A stretch of DNA of 64,000 bases from positions 18,250,210 to 18,314,209 of the forward strand of contig NC_134030.1 in NCBI RefSeq assembly GCF_964204645.1. The letters run 5' to 3'. The translations under genes and the position numbers were made by a program. Below the pieces are notes generated by a model. It saw only the letters and a program-made list of their open reading frames with translations, was not told the origin of the DNA and ran no database searches. The stretch comes from Tubulanus polymorphus (lineage: Eukaryota > Animalia > Nemertea). Positions 50,660-64,000 of this stretch are shown in pieces (the stretch's first letter is position 1; each line of letters starts with the position of its first letter).

Positions 50660-51470
50660 CTGCCTTACTTCCTCTATTCACCTAGTAACTCATTGTCACG
50701 TATGTAGTTTTCATATTTATTAGACTGGTACCCGCTCAATTTATTGGACTAGTACCCGCTATCAGCCAATTGTCTGTATTCTACCTTACTTCCTCTATTC
50801 ACCAAGTAACTCAATGTCACGTATGTAGTCATCCTCGCTTGCCATGGGTCCGGTATCACTCCCGAACTCGCTTCCACCAGCCCCCTGGCCTCACGAAGCG
50901 TGATTTCATTACTGGCGCTGTTGCGCGTGACGTCATATATCGATTTGCGAAATACTTCCTTGTTCGGTAAAACGTTCGCTGATTGGTCAATTTAACGAGA
51001 AAACCAACAGAAGTCTACTGACGGTTTGTTACAAGCGCTGTGATTGGTACGACCGGATTCTGGTCGGCTAGTAACGACTCCAACGACTCGTGAGGTCAAG
51101 GGGTTCGGGGAACAGCTTTAGTGTAGTGGGTTCGAATCCCTTGACGGCTGAAGATTGTATGTAGTTTTTATATCTATTAGACTGGTGCCCGCTCAATTCA
51201 TTGGACTAGTGCCCGCTATCAGCCAATTGTCTGTATTCTGCCTTACTTCCTCTATTCACCACTTAACTCATTGTCACGTATGTAGTTTTAATATTTATTG
51301 GACTGGTGCCCGCTCAATTCATTGGACTAGTGCCTGCTATCAGCCAATTGTCTGTATTCTGCCTTACTTCCTCTATTCACCACTTAACTCATTGTCACGT
51401 ATGTAGTTTTCATATTTATTAGACTGGTGCCCGCTCAATTTATTGGACAATTGCCCGCTATCAGCAATTT
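50660..51470. repeat. About 120-bp tandem repeat, 4 copies, interrupted by a transposon
   Basis: ccttacttcctctattcacc...gtcacgtatgtagttt...cccgctatcagccaattgtctgtattc unit. Confidence 0.9.
50830..51156 (+). mobile_element. Non-autonomous DNA transposon (AcademH-like), copy 2, perfect 9-bp TSD
   Basis: gtatgtagt|catcctcgc...gctgaagatt|gtatgtagt; the empty site is visible in neighbouring repeat units. Confidence 0.85.
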
Positions 51471-52469
51471 TTTGTATATCACTACGCGTAACAAATATAT
51501 ATGCATTCTTTTTTCAGGTCCCAACGGCCTATCTCTTTCCGACACGTACGCCATCTACATTAAGTAGTAGACGTTACCTTTCGCTCATTGTAAAAATTAC
51601 TTATGTCGAAAACGCTGTTTATTTTATAAAGCAATATACGATAATATATTCAAAAAGGAAATACAAGATCGCGTTATTACTGATTCAGAGTGGTCCTGAT
51701 GTTATATAGATAAGCTGTCCCGTGCTCGAACCCAATGATTACGGATACTGATTCGGAATCTTACTGATGCTTAAGAAACGCCATAAATATGCCAAGTGAG
51801 TAAGGGAAAATTGGGGGTTTCATACCGGGGGTATGAGGCATGAGGTAGGTAGGTTTTTGGGTAAGAAATGTTGGGTAAAATATTGGGTAATATTTTTCTA
51901 TATAAATGATGAATGATAATACACTTGAAAATCGTGATAGATTGTGCCATTTTTGTAGAAGATTAAAGATGATTAATTATTTTTATAACAACGACGAAAG
52001 AGATAAAAATATTAAGTGTAAACTATCGTATAGATGAAATTTTTTATATGAAAAGATGTACAGGTTATGGTGAATTTACAATTTTAAAATTACACAGTCA
52101 GTTCCACTGTTTAGATGGTCGGTCAGGTTATATCAATTAGTGGTTTTTGCTATTGTATTGAAAAATTATTCAGAATTTCATAAAAGAATAGGAACAATTG
52201 ATGGTTAAGTATGTAAAAGATGTAAGCGTGAATTGCGAAAAGATGGTAGAGAAAGGAGAAAAGAAGATAAAGAGACAACTAGACATAGTGAGTAGAACTA
52301 TTTATTTGACACACGGGCTTTCGCTACGAGTGATGTCCAACTACCCAGAGTTTACGTACATAAAGTACCTTTGTGGAATACTTAAGGTCTGTTCAGATAT
52401 TTTACAGCGAAATATTTCGCTGCAAAGTAGTGAAGAAATATATCTAAAAGGAACTTCAAACGCAACACA

Positions 52470-52740
52470 TTAGACAACTTTTAGCCCACTTTCAAAAACA
52501 GATCGTCCACACTTCACATGTGTTCAGAACTTCACCTGAGACATTATTTAATTGAAAATGAACTACAAACACCAGATATTAGACATTTTATCAGCTTACT
52601 TTCAAAAACTGATCGTCCACACTTCACACGTGTTCAGTACTTCACCTGAGACATTATTTAATTGAAAATGAATTACAAACACCAGATATTAGATATTTTA
52701 TCAGAACACTTTCAAAAACTGATCATTCACACTTCACGTA
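52470..52740. repeat. 110-bp tandem repeat, about 2.5 copies
   Basis: ttcaaaaac at 52491, 52601 and 52711. Confidence 0.85.
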
Positions 52741-52749
52741 TATTACTCA

Positions 52750-52902
<153 letters not shown>

Positions 52903-55768
52903 CTGATATACGTGAAGTGTATATGATGAAATGTCTAATATCTGGTGATCTGGTGCTACACGAAATCTATAGATCTGAGTTAATAGTTGTTAAGTAATTT
53001 ATTCTTGCTGGTAACAAACTGGTTATAGCTTTGTTAGTTTTAGTATAGAATGATGAAGGAGGGTGCCCGGTTTGTTCTGGTATAACAGCAAAAGGTTCAC
53101 TGGTGTTCCGTCCGTCGTAAATTTGAGTAGTTGTCGCTGAATCAGTGCCAGGGTGTCATTCGAATTTAATAAAGACACAACACATATTACAGTCCACCAA
53201 TCTGAAAATTCTGTGAATTGTAATGAAGTCGATATTCTGTCGTTGGTACTGCATGATTTATAAGAAAAACATTAATATGCTTCAATCGATATGAACCGGT
53301 TAGATTTCTATGCGCTGTTTAAAAAATACACTGGTCGATTCGATTATTTCAGAAATTAAAAATATTTCAACTGCCGAATTTAAGCAACGAATTATTAGTT
53401 CATGTTCAGTAGAAATATTATCGAGATGCAGACTCGCAGTGTGAGACATGTTCGCTGGTTGGTTCGTTTTTTAATCGTTTATTAAACTAACTGGTGTCCG
53501 AGGCCTCTCATAGGTGACAGCTGGTTAGAAGATATTCAGATATGGCCTCCGAGCAATTTCCATTGATAAACCTGGGTCTAAGCATTGACGTATAAGATAG
53601 AAGTTGATGTGCTACTGCTAGCCTATGAGTTGTAGCGCATAAAAGCGACTGTAAGACCACTCAAGAGTAAGCTGACGTTTAGACGTTAGATGTGACTAGT
53701 TTGCTATCAGAGGGGTAATTATTTCATTTATTGGACAAATGGTAATATCACATTACATTGATTATTGCCAGCTGCCACGATATGCTCTAAGAGTCATGAA
53801 GAAGCAGACATCAGATGAGCTCTTTCCTTAACCATGGAAGCAATTAATTATTGACAATTTTCAATAAAACAATCAAACCACTACTGAGTCGATGACCTGC
53901 GTTACCTCACCCAATCGCCAAATCTCACAATTCCCCGAATTTCTTAAAAATTCGATTTCAAATTTGCAATTCCACATAAGCTTATCCCAAAAATTCTACA
54001 TCTTTTTCGCAGGCGTCAAATAATCTATTAAACTTAATTTTCTTGTATAATTCTTAACTATCGACGTTAGTGACTACGGTTGTATTGAAAATGGGCCCAT
54101 AATTAACAAGCCTTTGCTGTCGTCTATTATCAACTCAAGAGGCCCGTTTATTTCGTTAACCATCATATCCACAATAACTTCTACCGCTTTATTCCAAAAA
54201 AGGTAAATCAAAACAACCCGAGCATCGAAATGCATGTACTCAAACCAGGTAACCGTGTTGGTTCTTCTACTGTGCATCTTCTTCATGGTTACAACATTCC
54301 CGGCTGCTTCCCTTTTGTCGGAATAATTCCGCTCAACCGGTAGCTAGACGGTCGTTTAGAAAAATTAATTATCAGTACCGTACCCTGTCCTCTTGTTAAT
54401 TAATCGAATCAATTAAGGAATCTTTATCCGCTAAATTAGACTATTAACCCTTCGTCTTTCTTTCTTCGTTTCTGATTAGTAAAAATGTATCATTTCTAAA
54501 TGTTTGATCATACGGAACATTCAATTCAATTATGCTGACGACTTCGAAAAAATTCCATTCGTTCATCGCCCTGGAACTGTTAAACTTCTATTCATTGATG
54601 ATCTAAGAATATTTCTTTAACCGTCGAATGTTTGCAGAGGTCTTACACTTCCATTCATATCTTGTTTGAAAGTGATGTTACATTGCGTGATTTCATTCAG
54701 TACTAATTCACTGCTTTTGCATTCACCGGTTGAGCTCGATTGTCAGAGATGAACAGTTTTAAGATCTGACATACAGCAATATTCTTGTGGCCGTTTAAGA
54801 CGATTCTTTTTCGAAAATCAAATTTTGATATTATTTTCTGATTCCTTTGCCCGTCATCAGATACATGGGCTCACCGGTTTCTCATGCTACTCTATTCATT
54901 TGAGTTAAACCTATAGAGTCATCGCTAACTTGATCACGCATAAAACAAAAATTAAATCTGAGTGTATTATGATATCTGAGATCAAGGGTTAGGTCAAGGC
55001 ATAGTATGGACCATTCAATTTTGAACTTGTGCCCCTCCATATCGCACAGTCAACTGAATACGACTGTGTTTGTTCGTCGCGCTCTATCATAATCTTAATT
55101 TTTTTGTGGATGAATCTGTCAGTTAAACGACCGATAGACGAAATTCTGTGGAATTATCCTCTACATTCGTAGAATTTCCTCTCCTGAACTCATTTAATGG
55201 GGAACCATTTTTCTTTAATATCTTACTTTTATTTATCCATGACAAGTACCATGGAAACACGTCCACCTACAACGAGCTCACGCAGTGGAATGCTAAATTT
55301 CAGAGAATTTAAATATACAATGCACTAATGCAGATTTTACCGTGACCAACTGATGTGACCCATGAACAATCGGTGTGACCAGTGGTCAACAATTTGTAAA
55401 GTTCACAGCAGTTTAACAGTTTTCCACAAAATGCATTTAGCTCATTTATCGTAAACATCATACTTTTTTTAAGTACCCCTTAGAAACAAAACCAACACAT
55501 TACTATCTGCGGACAATCGCCTGCAAAATACCAGTCCGTCGATATTTTTCGTAACCCAAATTTTGGCAATGATTATTTTGATAAGGTGCTGCATTCATTC
55601 TACAGTGTTTGTGTGAGCCCCGTATGACTCGGTCCTTAAAAATTGACTTTTTGGTTCGCAGTAAAATGCCCAAAACCTTCGCTACCTATCGTGTCATAAA
55701 CACATCAACAATCGGAAATTCAGAAAGTGCCACTTCAACCCACATTTGCAGCACATTTAGTAGGTTTT

Positions 55769-57000
55769 CAAGCCCGTAGCCAGTGTGGGGGGGTCGTGTC
55801 TTTTCGAACGAACGCCCCTTTTTAGAAAGTTCCCTTTATAAGCCTATGTAAAAGGTTCAGAGGCATCACTTGTTATGTTCAGTGTAGGCCACATATGCTA
55901 CCAGCGACTCAGCTGGCAGTCCGTTGTTTACAATGTTTACATAAACACACGTGGCTGACACTAGGCTCACACAGTAACACAGTTGACAAATAAAAAAAAA
56001 CATTTTTCATTTCTTTGATAACATTTTCATCATAGTATTCTTTTAAATTACATTTCTGAGATTCTATAGATGTTTTTTTAATGAAAATTGCTCCAATAAT
56101 TACACATTTATACAAACAATTATTTTCAAATTCACTGAGTCACCTAACGTCGGCGTAACAACTACCGTACATGCAATGTTCAATGAGGCAGGAAAGATTA
56201 ACCTTCTTGGCCCTCAATGTGCATACATTACTTTAAGGATACTGTGAGGAAAATATTCGCGGGTTAACACCCAAGACGAATAGTTTGCAAACATTTAAAT
56301 TGAACTATTAAACATCCAGAGAGGCCCGTACCCAGGGGACCGTTGGGTGCGAACGCACCACCCTCTCCCATAAAATCTGTCAAAGAAAATTTCTTAGACT
56401 TGACATCACGTCTCGCACTTGCTCACATTCATATAACTATGATATAGATATAGACTGTTAACAAAAAATTTGCGTGTCTCAATAAACGAAGGATGAGAAT
56501 CCAGTACATGTTGTTGGATTAATAGACCTAATAAAAACTTATTCTGAAAATGTTTCGAGGATTAATTCAGTGACATTTTTTCAGTAACGTTTTTATTTGA
56601 AATATTCACTAAAAGTTTGGCCAGAAATGCATCTAAAACATTTCCATTTTCAAGATTTTTTTGGGGGTGGAACCCCAAATCCCCCTCGTGGGGCTTCGCG
56701 TCTGCGGCGTTCGCAGTCGCCATCCAACGCAATCAAATAAGTTCCACCGAACTCTCTAAATTCGATTCCAACCAAAAGAGAGGCTGCGTACGGGCCTGTT
56801 ACTACATAAATTAGTTGTGAATAAATTATATTCTTACTTTTCAAATGATTATACTGAAATTCATTTGTTGTGTTTGTATTGTTTGTGGAATAGCTACATA
56901 ATTCTGTATTAAGCCGCTCGCTTTCCTGAAAAAAAACATGCAAAAGTGCCCTTTTTTAAAATTTTAGAACACCCCTTTCAAAATCCTGGCTACGGTCTTG
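55769..57000. mobile_element. hAT-like non-autonomous element with a 5-bp TSD (GTTTT), containing a related nested element at about 56321-56798
   Basis: gtttt|caagcccgtagccag...ctggctacggtcttg|gtttt. Confidence 0.75.
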
Positions 57001-57049
57001 GTTTTGATGTTTTTCATATGGAACAGTAACAACCAGTCGATGGGGACAG

Positions 57050-57540
57050 CATTCAATAGCACCGGAAACCCTCCAACAAACCATTTACTTTTCCGACGTT
57101 CGCCGCGTTTATAATTTCTCTTTTCAAATTTTGATTCGTCGATTTCCACCGTTTCGCCAACCCCGCCGATATTTTCAGACGTATCGATAACCGTGGAATA
57201 GCACACCACTCCACATAAACTACCCTTGTCGTCCAGCGTGTGATCCAAGCCCAGTTTGCGTTCATGTTTGTAACAGACGTTTTATACCGACATGTCTTTC
57301 TGACCAAACAGATGGCCACCTCGACCGAATGGGTGCGAGCGATTTATTTGTTCCTGTTTAAACTTTATAACTTTTATTCATCGATTATAACCAAAACTTG
57401 GATTACGGTTGCAACAGAATGGATAATATAATTCGTCGAAATCGTTTTCTAAATATCGTTTTCAAAGATTCAATTCATATTATGGAAAAGACGGATCTGC
57501 ACGGGGTGGAATCCGCGTTAAGTCCATGATATCCCTGGAA
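57050..57540 (-). mobile_element. Merlin (IS1595/ISXO2-like) transposase remnant
   Basis: IGGVGETVEIDESKFEKRNYKRG...WFVGG motif. Confidence 0.8.
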
Positions 57541-60500
57541 GTAAACAAAATGGTGTCATTATTATATAATGTATAATATAATCAATATGAAAAAGTCAAC
57601 CAACTTACTGGCACGCAGTATCCCCCAGTCACATTGGCAGCATATTTTGTTACCACCGTTCGCCGCATTTTATCGTTGGCGCAATAGGCGTATCCGCTCG
57701 GGAATAGGCGCGAACGTTCAGGGCAACTGTCTTCACAAGTATAACTATAATCAGGATGGATGCCAGCATTTAACGATCTCTTCTTTGCCCACTAGCATTC
57801 AACATCGCAATATAGACAATAGCAATGACTGACCAAAGCAGTGAATACCAACAACCCGATCACGCAAAAACTGTGATATACGTTGTGGGTATAGTGTAGA
57901 CTGTGCGTTATGTGAAGTGTAGACTCGACATCAACTCAAGAGTATTATTTAAAAAGAAAAAAAGGAAACAGTTGAGATTTTGGGAGAGAGCAGTTTGATT
58001 TGTAGTCGGTGGTTAGAGTTACGTAATTTATAGGGTCGCTGAGACATCACATTTAAATCTATGTTTGATGTGAAAAACCGATTTTGGTGTTCACCATCGA
58101 ACCAGTAAACCTTTTGTGAGCTCGATGATCTCTTTATGATCATTGCGGAGCGGTGGTTGAAGTTTTTGTTTAAATTTATTACAGGGATCGCAAAAAAGGC
58201 TATAATTATACAAAGATTAAAAGTGAAAGAGAAAATTAAAACTAAATTAAAACTAACAAAAAAGTGAAATTTACAATTTTTCAACAGCCACGAGAAAACT
58301 GATTGATGATGATTAATCAAATTGAAAAACTAAATCAAAATTTACCGAAATGAAAGTTAATTTTACTTACGCGTTGATAAATTATGAAGCAACAATTTCT
58401 CGACGTATGTTGTAGCTATCAGAAATCACAGCTATAACTGATGGGAATTTTACCCGTATTTCTCTCGAGCGGGAAAGCACATGCTCCTGCGCAGAAATCC
58501 ACCTGTTTGCAAGTGGCTTCGGCGAAATTTTTATTCCGGATTTATTTTTGAAACACAATATCGAATCTGCTTGCTGCATTCGGTATACACGTATGCTCGG
58601 TAAAGAACAGCCGTTGTAATTAATGAAGCATAATCCCAGGAATTAATACGACTTGGAGATCATCTCTCAGGGCTCTTGGGTGGCAGGGTCTAGTGGCAGG
58701 AATGCGCCTCGGTAGTCTCATAGTGCTGTTTATTTGAGATTGGTAAAATTCTGCCCCGAGTTGGTGGCAAAAATGAGTAACAGTTTGTGAATGATAAGAC
58801 TGGCTCCTACTGCGGTAAATTGAGACTGGTAAAATGTTGGTTTTCAAATACCACCAAGTGATAATTTTCTGAAATATGGATCTGGTAAAATACCTATAAA
58901 CTGAGTCGGGTTTCAGAATGCAGTAGAATTTTTCTCTTACCGCAGTAAAACACTATTTTCTAAATGCACAAGACTGTAACAATATCGTAGAATGCAGTAT
59001 GCCTATACTGGTAGAGATCGACCAGTATAGCAGTATCAAACACAGTGGGAAACCATTCGTTTGTGTTTGACGTCAACTCGGCGCATGAAGGTAGTACGAA
59101 TGTAGAAAACCATCGAGCTTTGTTAGAAACATAATAAACATGAGATGTTCTTCATTGATAAAAGCAAATTCTACAAATTAATTTTGAAATTTCAAAAATT
59201 TTAACTAATTCGTAAATTAGATGATATGCCTGAGCGTATAGATCAGTAGGCCTATACTGGTAGATCAGTATAGCAAACACGGTGAAAATCCACCTGCTTG
59301 TGATTGACGTTAACGCAGCGCTTCCGTTACTATTCAGATGTAGAACATTAACTGGCGTACGTATGCATGTATATAGGAAAGTATTGATGAAACAACCCAG
59401 CGATTGTTGCGATTTTATCGTATATGAACTTGCGGCACTATTACATACTGTACAATCTGCGATATCCCCGCACGGTAAGAAATGGAAAACGACGAGCTTT
59501 GTTGAAAGCAAAATAAACATAAGATGTATTACGTAATTGATAAGAGGTATTGATATCAATGACAGATGAAACTGTAGTGATAAGACTACATGGTAGTTGA
59601 AACAAATTTTGGGAAAAGTTTGGCTGAAAAATCGCGAGATATCCTCGGAAGATATGATAGGCCAAAACGCACTGAGAACAGGTGACCAGAACATTTAGAG
59701 TTATTGCTTTTCAAGAGCAGTGTGAATGGTTTTTAGGAACATTGATATTTTGATTGAGTTTTCTTATTCGGGGAAATTTCAAAAAGGAAACATCGCTTTC
59801 AACTGATTTCGAAAGCAACGCCTCGAAGCGCATTAAATGACGAAATTATTGGACACTATGATCATTCGTATGATATATTGAATTTGGTTAAGCCTTTTCC
59901 AATTTTTACGTTTAGAGTCAGAATAAGATTTATTATTTCTGTTCTGTGACTAAATGCTTTTTGCAGCAGATAGAAACTTGAAATGAGAACTATTAGTTAG
60001 CGATAAACTACGGTCACCGCTGTCGCTAGAAGTTCGATTATTTGTAGATATGGATTTTCTCGCTGCTCTTGCGCTTCTTAACGTGAAAATCAATCGATTG
60101 TTATCAGAACCACTATCAATGTCGAGATTATAGTAAATATAGGAGCGCGGATAAAATAATGAAAGTATTTCAGATATCTGTTTTTACCGAATGGATTAAA
60201 TTTTTGAGTCCACCTTTCGTGTCCAGTTCACTGGTTAATGGAACGACGAGTATAAGACTTGAAAAACTTATTTATGACGGATGGAACACCACTGTGAACC
60301 TCTGTTATACCAGAACAAACCGGGCATCCACCTTCATCATTTTATACTATAACAAACATAGGCATCATCAGTTTGCTACAAAAACTAATAGTTAGCTCAG
60401 AACTATCAGTTCAGGTATATAAAATATCTGATTGGAACGTCTCTAATCCGTTAATTCAAATCTCTAATAACGGGTCAGTAGCGCTCATTCCTGATGACAA

Positions 60501-60719
60501 CAGTTTACACGTAATAACTCGATCAAAACACTTACAAGGCCTTCCCAAATAAAAAGGGAATTTCTTTTTAGTTCCCTTTTTAGTCCTAATTCCTGCAATA
60601 TGAATATAAACACAGAATACACTTCTCCATAACCAAAAACAACTGAATCGCGTCGACTATAGAGTAAAAATGTCATTTATTAGTTCACATAAAACAGAAT
60701 CTTACATACAAAATCAAGA

Positions 60720-61380
60720 GCTTTGAGTCCTGAGACTCAATCAATGGGGTTACATGATTCAAGTATTTGTAGTTAATACAATACAATACAATAATGTAGT
60801 TAAGAAATTGAGTCTCAGGACGCACTTTCAAAAATTAGTTTGAGGTATTATTTGTACCGGGTCTTAAAACATGCATTTTAAGAATTGCAATATTGATATG
60901 ATAAGAAATTAGATTTGAGTCTTGAGACTCATTTTAGCATCAGGTTTTCAAAATTGCGTCCTAGGACTCATTACAAAAGGCCCACTCGCGGGATCGTTAG
61001 ATTCGAGTCTTGAGACTCATATTAGTATCTACTTTTCTAAATTGCATCCTAGGACTCATTCACCGTTAGATTCGAGTCTTGAGACTCATTTTAGTACCTG
61101 CTTTTCTAAATTGCGTCCTAGGACTCATTCATCGTTAGATGCGAGTGTTGAGACTCATTTTACTAAATTGCGTCCTAGGACTCATTCGAAAACTTTCACT
61201 GGTTTGAATCGTTAGATTCGAGTCTTAAGACTCATTTTAGTATCTGCTTTGCTAAATTGCGTCCTAGGACTCATTCATCGTTAGATTCGAGTATTGAGAC
61301 TCATTTAAGTATCTGCTTTGCTAAATTGCGTCCTAGGACTCATTCGTCGTTAGATTCGAGTCTTGAGTCTCATTTTAGTG
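60720..61380. repeat. 69-bp tandem repeat built from 14-bp palindromic motifs
   Basis: ttagattcGAGTCTTGAGACTCattt...ttgcGTCCTAGGACtc units (for example 61212, 61281, 61350). Confidence 0.85.
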
Positions 61381-63019
61381 TTTGCTTCACATAATTTCGC
61401 ACTAAGAAACCTCCATAATAAGGAATCGTTAGTTTTGAGTGTTTAGCTCAATCTAAATGCGGATCAAAATCAGTTGACAAAGCCACCATAGTGTTTCCAA
61501 TTGCACTATATGTACAATATATGATAAAGCCTAAAGGATACTAAAACTTATAATTGAATATTCAATGATACCAAAATTTACTCATTTGGAGGGTTTTGAT
61601 TTACTCTAAAAACAGCAGATATTCCCGCTGAAGTAGTGTACAAACATTCTACACGACATTTTTACTTTACTCGTACATTCACGATGCTGTAATCACGAAT
61701 AATTATGCAATCTATAATTCAAAATCCATAAGGATGAACATCAAAAAATAATATCACGGACAGATTGGACTTATACACAGAATGATTAGGCTGATCCTGG
61801 ATATCATTGACTATGTAAACATAATGCTATTCCGTTAAGCTACGTAAAACCAAAACTTTTAGAGCCTATTCAAAAATCCAAACATTAATAAATACATTGA
61901 AATCATTCCAACAGGCACTGCCTATGTCATTCCGGGGCATTATTCTGCCCTCCATTATGCTTATCTCTCGATAGGGTAAAACTCACACTTTAACTGTGTT
62001 GGAGTGCAGTCTCCAGTGACAATCATTGTATTTTCGGTCAGCAATTGCTGTAGAACAGGACACTCCTAATTTACACTTTGTTTTACATGGTTCCATCGCG
62101 GAACCAAACGTGGTCACTGCGACATCTCATTCCCTGGCAATCAGCGGTGCAGTTGGTCCAGAGAGGGGACAGCGTGAAATAAGTTGATAGGCGACTGTTC
62201 TAGCCCTTAAGCTAGGGGATCGGCATTTCACTAAGTAATTAATCTTCTCCAGCGCACTCGATAGTGTCCCTGAAAGTAAAAAAAAAAGATAATAAGGTAA
62301 CTGAATTCGCATAGAAGTTCAAACGATTCAGATATTATAATGAATGATCCTAACAATTACCTATAATCCTAAGTAACAAATTTTGATAATGCTATTGAAA
62401 ATTCAAATGCATTAAAGACGTACTTTCAAACTATCGATTAAGGAAACATTAGATTCGGCCTTAAGATAAAATGCAGTTTATAGACTACTTTACAAATACA
62501 AGAAATATTCACACTTTGACGATAGAGTGATTTTGAAATGCGAGACTTGAAATATGCATATTTGGGCCGATGTCGAGTCTACACATAACGCTCAGTCTAC
62601 ACTATACCCACACAGTATATCACAGTTTTTTCATAGTCAACTGGAATTCAGTACTATTGTATATCACTCAGTCTATCGAGGTAAAAAACCACTAGGAAGC
62701 AGAATGCAGAAAAAGTGCAGTATGTGCAAATGTGCTAATTTATCTAAGGAAGTGTTTATTTTAATGTTTAATAAGCCTTATTCAGTACATTTCTTTTTGA
62801 ATGACGTTATAAAAACGAGATGTATCGAAGAAGGCTATGGACAGATTATTACAACAAATGAATGGGCATACAAGCGCCACGCATTTTACATTGATTCTGC
62901 AATTGAATAGTTCGGTAGAAATGTCATTTTTTCAAATTAGGGCGTCACCAAACTAGAGCTAAGTGAAGTGAACTAAAACTGGTGAATTATTGAATTAAAA
63001 GTGGTCCATCAATACTAAC

Positions 63020-63800
63020 CTGTCAAAAATATATTTTGCTGCATACTAATCAAATGTCCCGAATTCAGGCTCAAAATCACGAAACGACGATCTGAAAGAG
63101 AATGTGTGCATGTATGAATGAACAGATCGATCTAGCGTAAAAGCTGACTTCCAAATAGATAGATATCTATCAGTTTGAATCACCGCAATATACATGTACT
63201 TACTGAAGGATTCGGTAACTCAACGTGTTTTTCATTGATATCCTGTTCAATGCCTTCCTGTGCCTTCAAAAATGGAAGGTACCATACAGCGGAATCTGCT
63301 AGCTTGACTGTCTTAGTTTCAATGGTATCGAGGAAATCATTCCACCAGCATTGTTTTTCCTGTGGTAAAAAGCTTTTCCATTTCTCCATATTCTTTTTCA
63401 TATCCTTGATTTCGATGTTTGAATAATTTAAATCGAGCACTGAAGGAGTACCAGTTGGTATACTTGTCAATACACCGCCTTCCATGCAGTGCCATTCCTG
63501 AGTTGATGAACACCTATAGTACATGTTTATTTGGGATTGATCTTGGCTGTCCCTTCGAAATAGAAAAATCCTTGGTTTCGAATGGTTCTTCATGTTGACG
63601 ATATGTGGAGCAAGCCAAGATCGAATATCCAACAACCCCCCCCAACTCGATACCATCGCACAGTTTGAGCAGGCCAGCCATATCGAATGCATCTTCTCTT
63701 CTCAACCTACCGGCATACACGCTAAACAGCTGGTCGATGTCTTCGTGCGTATGACCAACGAAGAGAAAACTCAACTGAATCTGAAATGATTGAAATAGTT
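63020..63800 (-). mobile_element. DDE transposase remnant (Sola-like), frameshifted; probably continues in other exons
   Basis: IQLSFLFVGHTHEDIDQLFS motif, followed by DIRSWL...HSKPRIFLF. Confidence 0.65.
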
Positions 63801-64000
63801 CGTCTTTAGAATTTTCGATCTCATAACCCACACAATAATACGGGTGCGATGTATGGTTCTGAATTCAAGTTATAAGTTCAAAAGATATACCACATGGAAA
63901 TATATATGAGACATGATATCTATTGCAGTAGAAACTGAACAACTTGCCAATACATGTAGTTAGTTACAAGTTTGTCGATATATGTAATCTCTACCGAACA

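Noticed and set aside
57569-60400. Several 60-180 aa ORFs
   Set aside because: No recognisable motifs, overlapping on both strands, consistent with chance ORFs or very decayed repeats.

Overview
AT-rich, intron-containing eukaryotic DNA, most likely from an invertebrate animal (GT-AG introns, kringle exons, class A GPCR, SLC18 transporter). No prokaryotic operons, CRISPR arrays, rRNA or complete tRNA genes were found. Mobile DNA dominates: Polinton/Maverick-like viral fragments with a packaging ATPase, a LINE RT remnant, MULE, Merlin and Sola-like transposase remnants, many MITEs, a Gypsy-type 3' LTR, and a nested stack of Penelope-like elements (PLEs). The youngest PLE is a near-perfect head-to-head fold-back of about 5.1 kb with 2.5-kb arms, a 15-bp target-site duplication and a minimal hammerhead ribozyme near each end. 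It is inserted right beside the hammerhead of an older PLE that is itself folded back. A degraded DNA-transposon-like unit pairs an intron-rich DDE integrase with a convergent HECT E3 ubiquitin ligase. Host-like genes are three tandem phase-1/1 kringle exons (all disabled), exons of an uncharacterised Cys/Trp-rich domain at 46.8-51.6 kb, and, between them, three genes whose coding sequence lies in a single exon: a GPCR, a histamine-N-methyltransferase-like enzyme and an SLC18/VMAT-like transporter whose canonical acidic residues are replaced. All family assignments come from motif recognition by eye; no searches were run.
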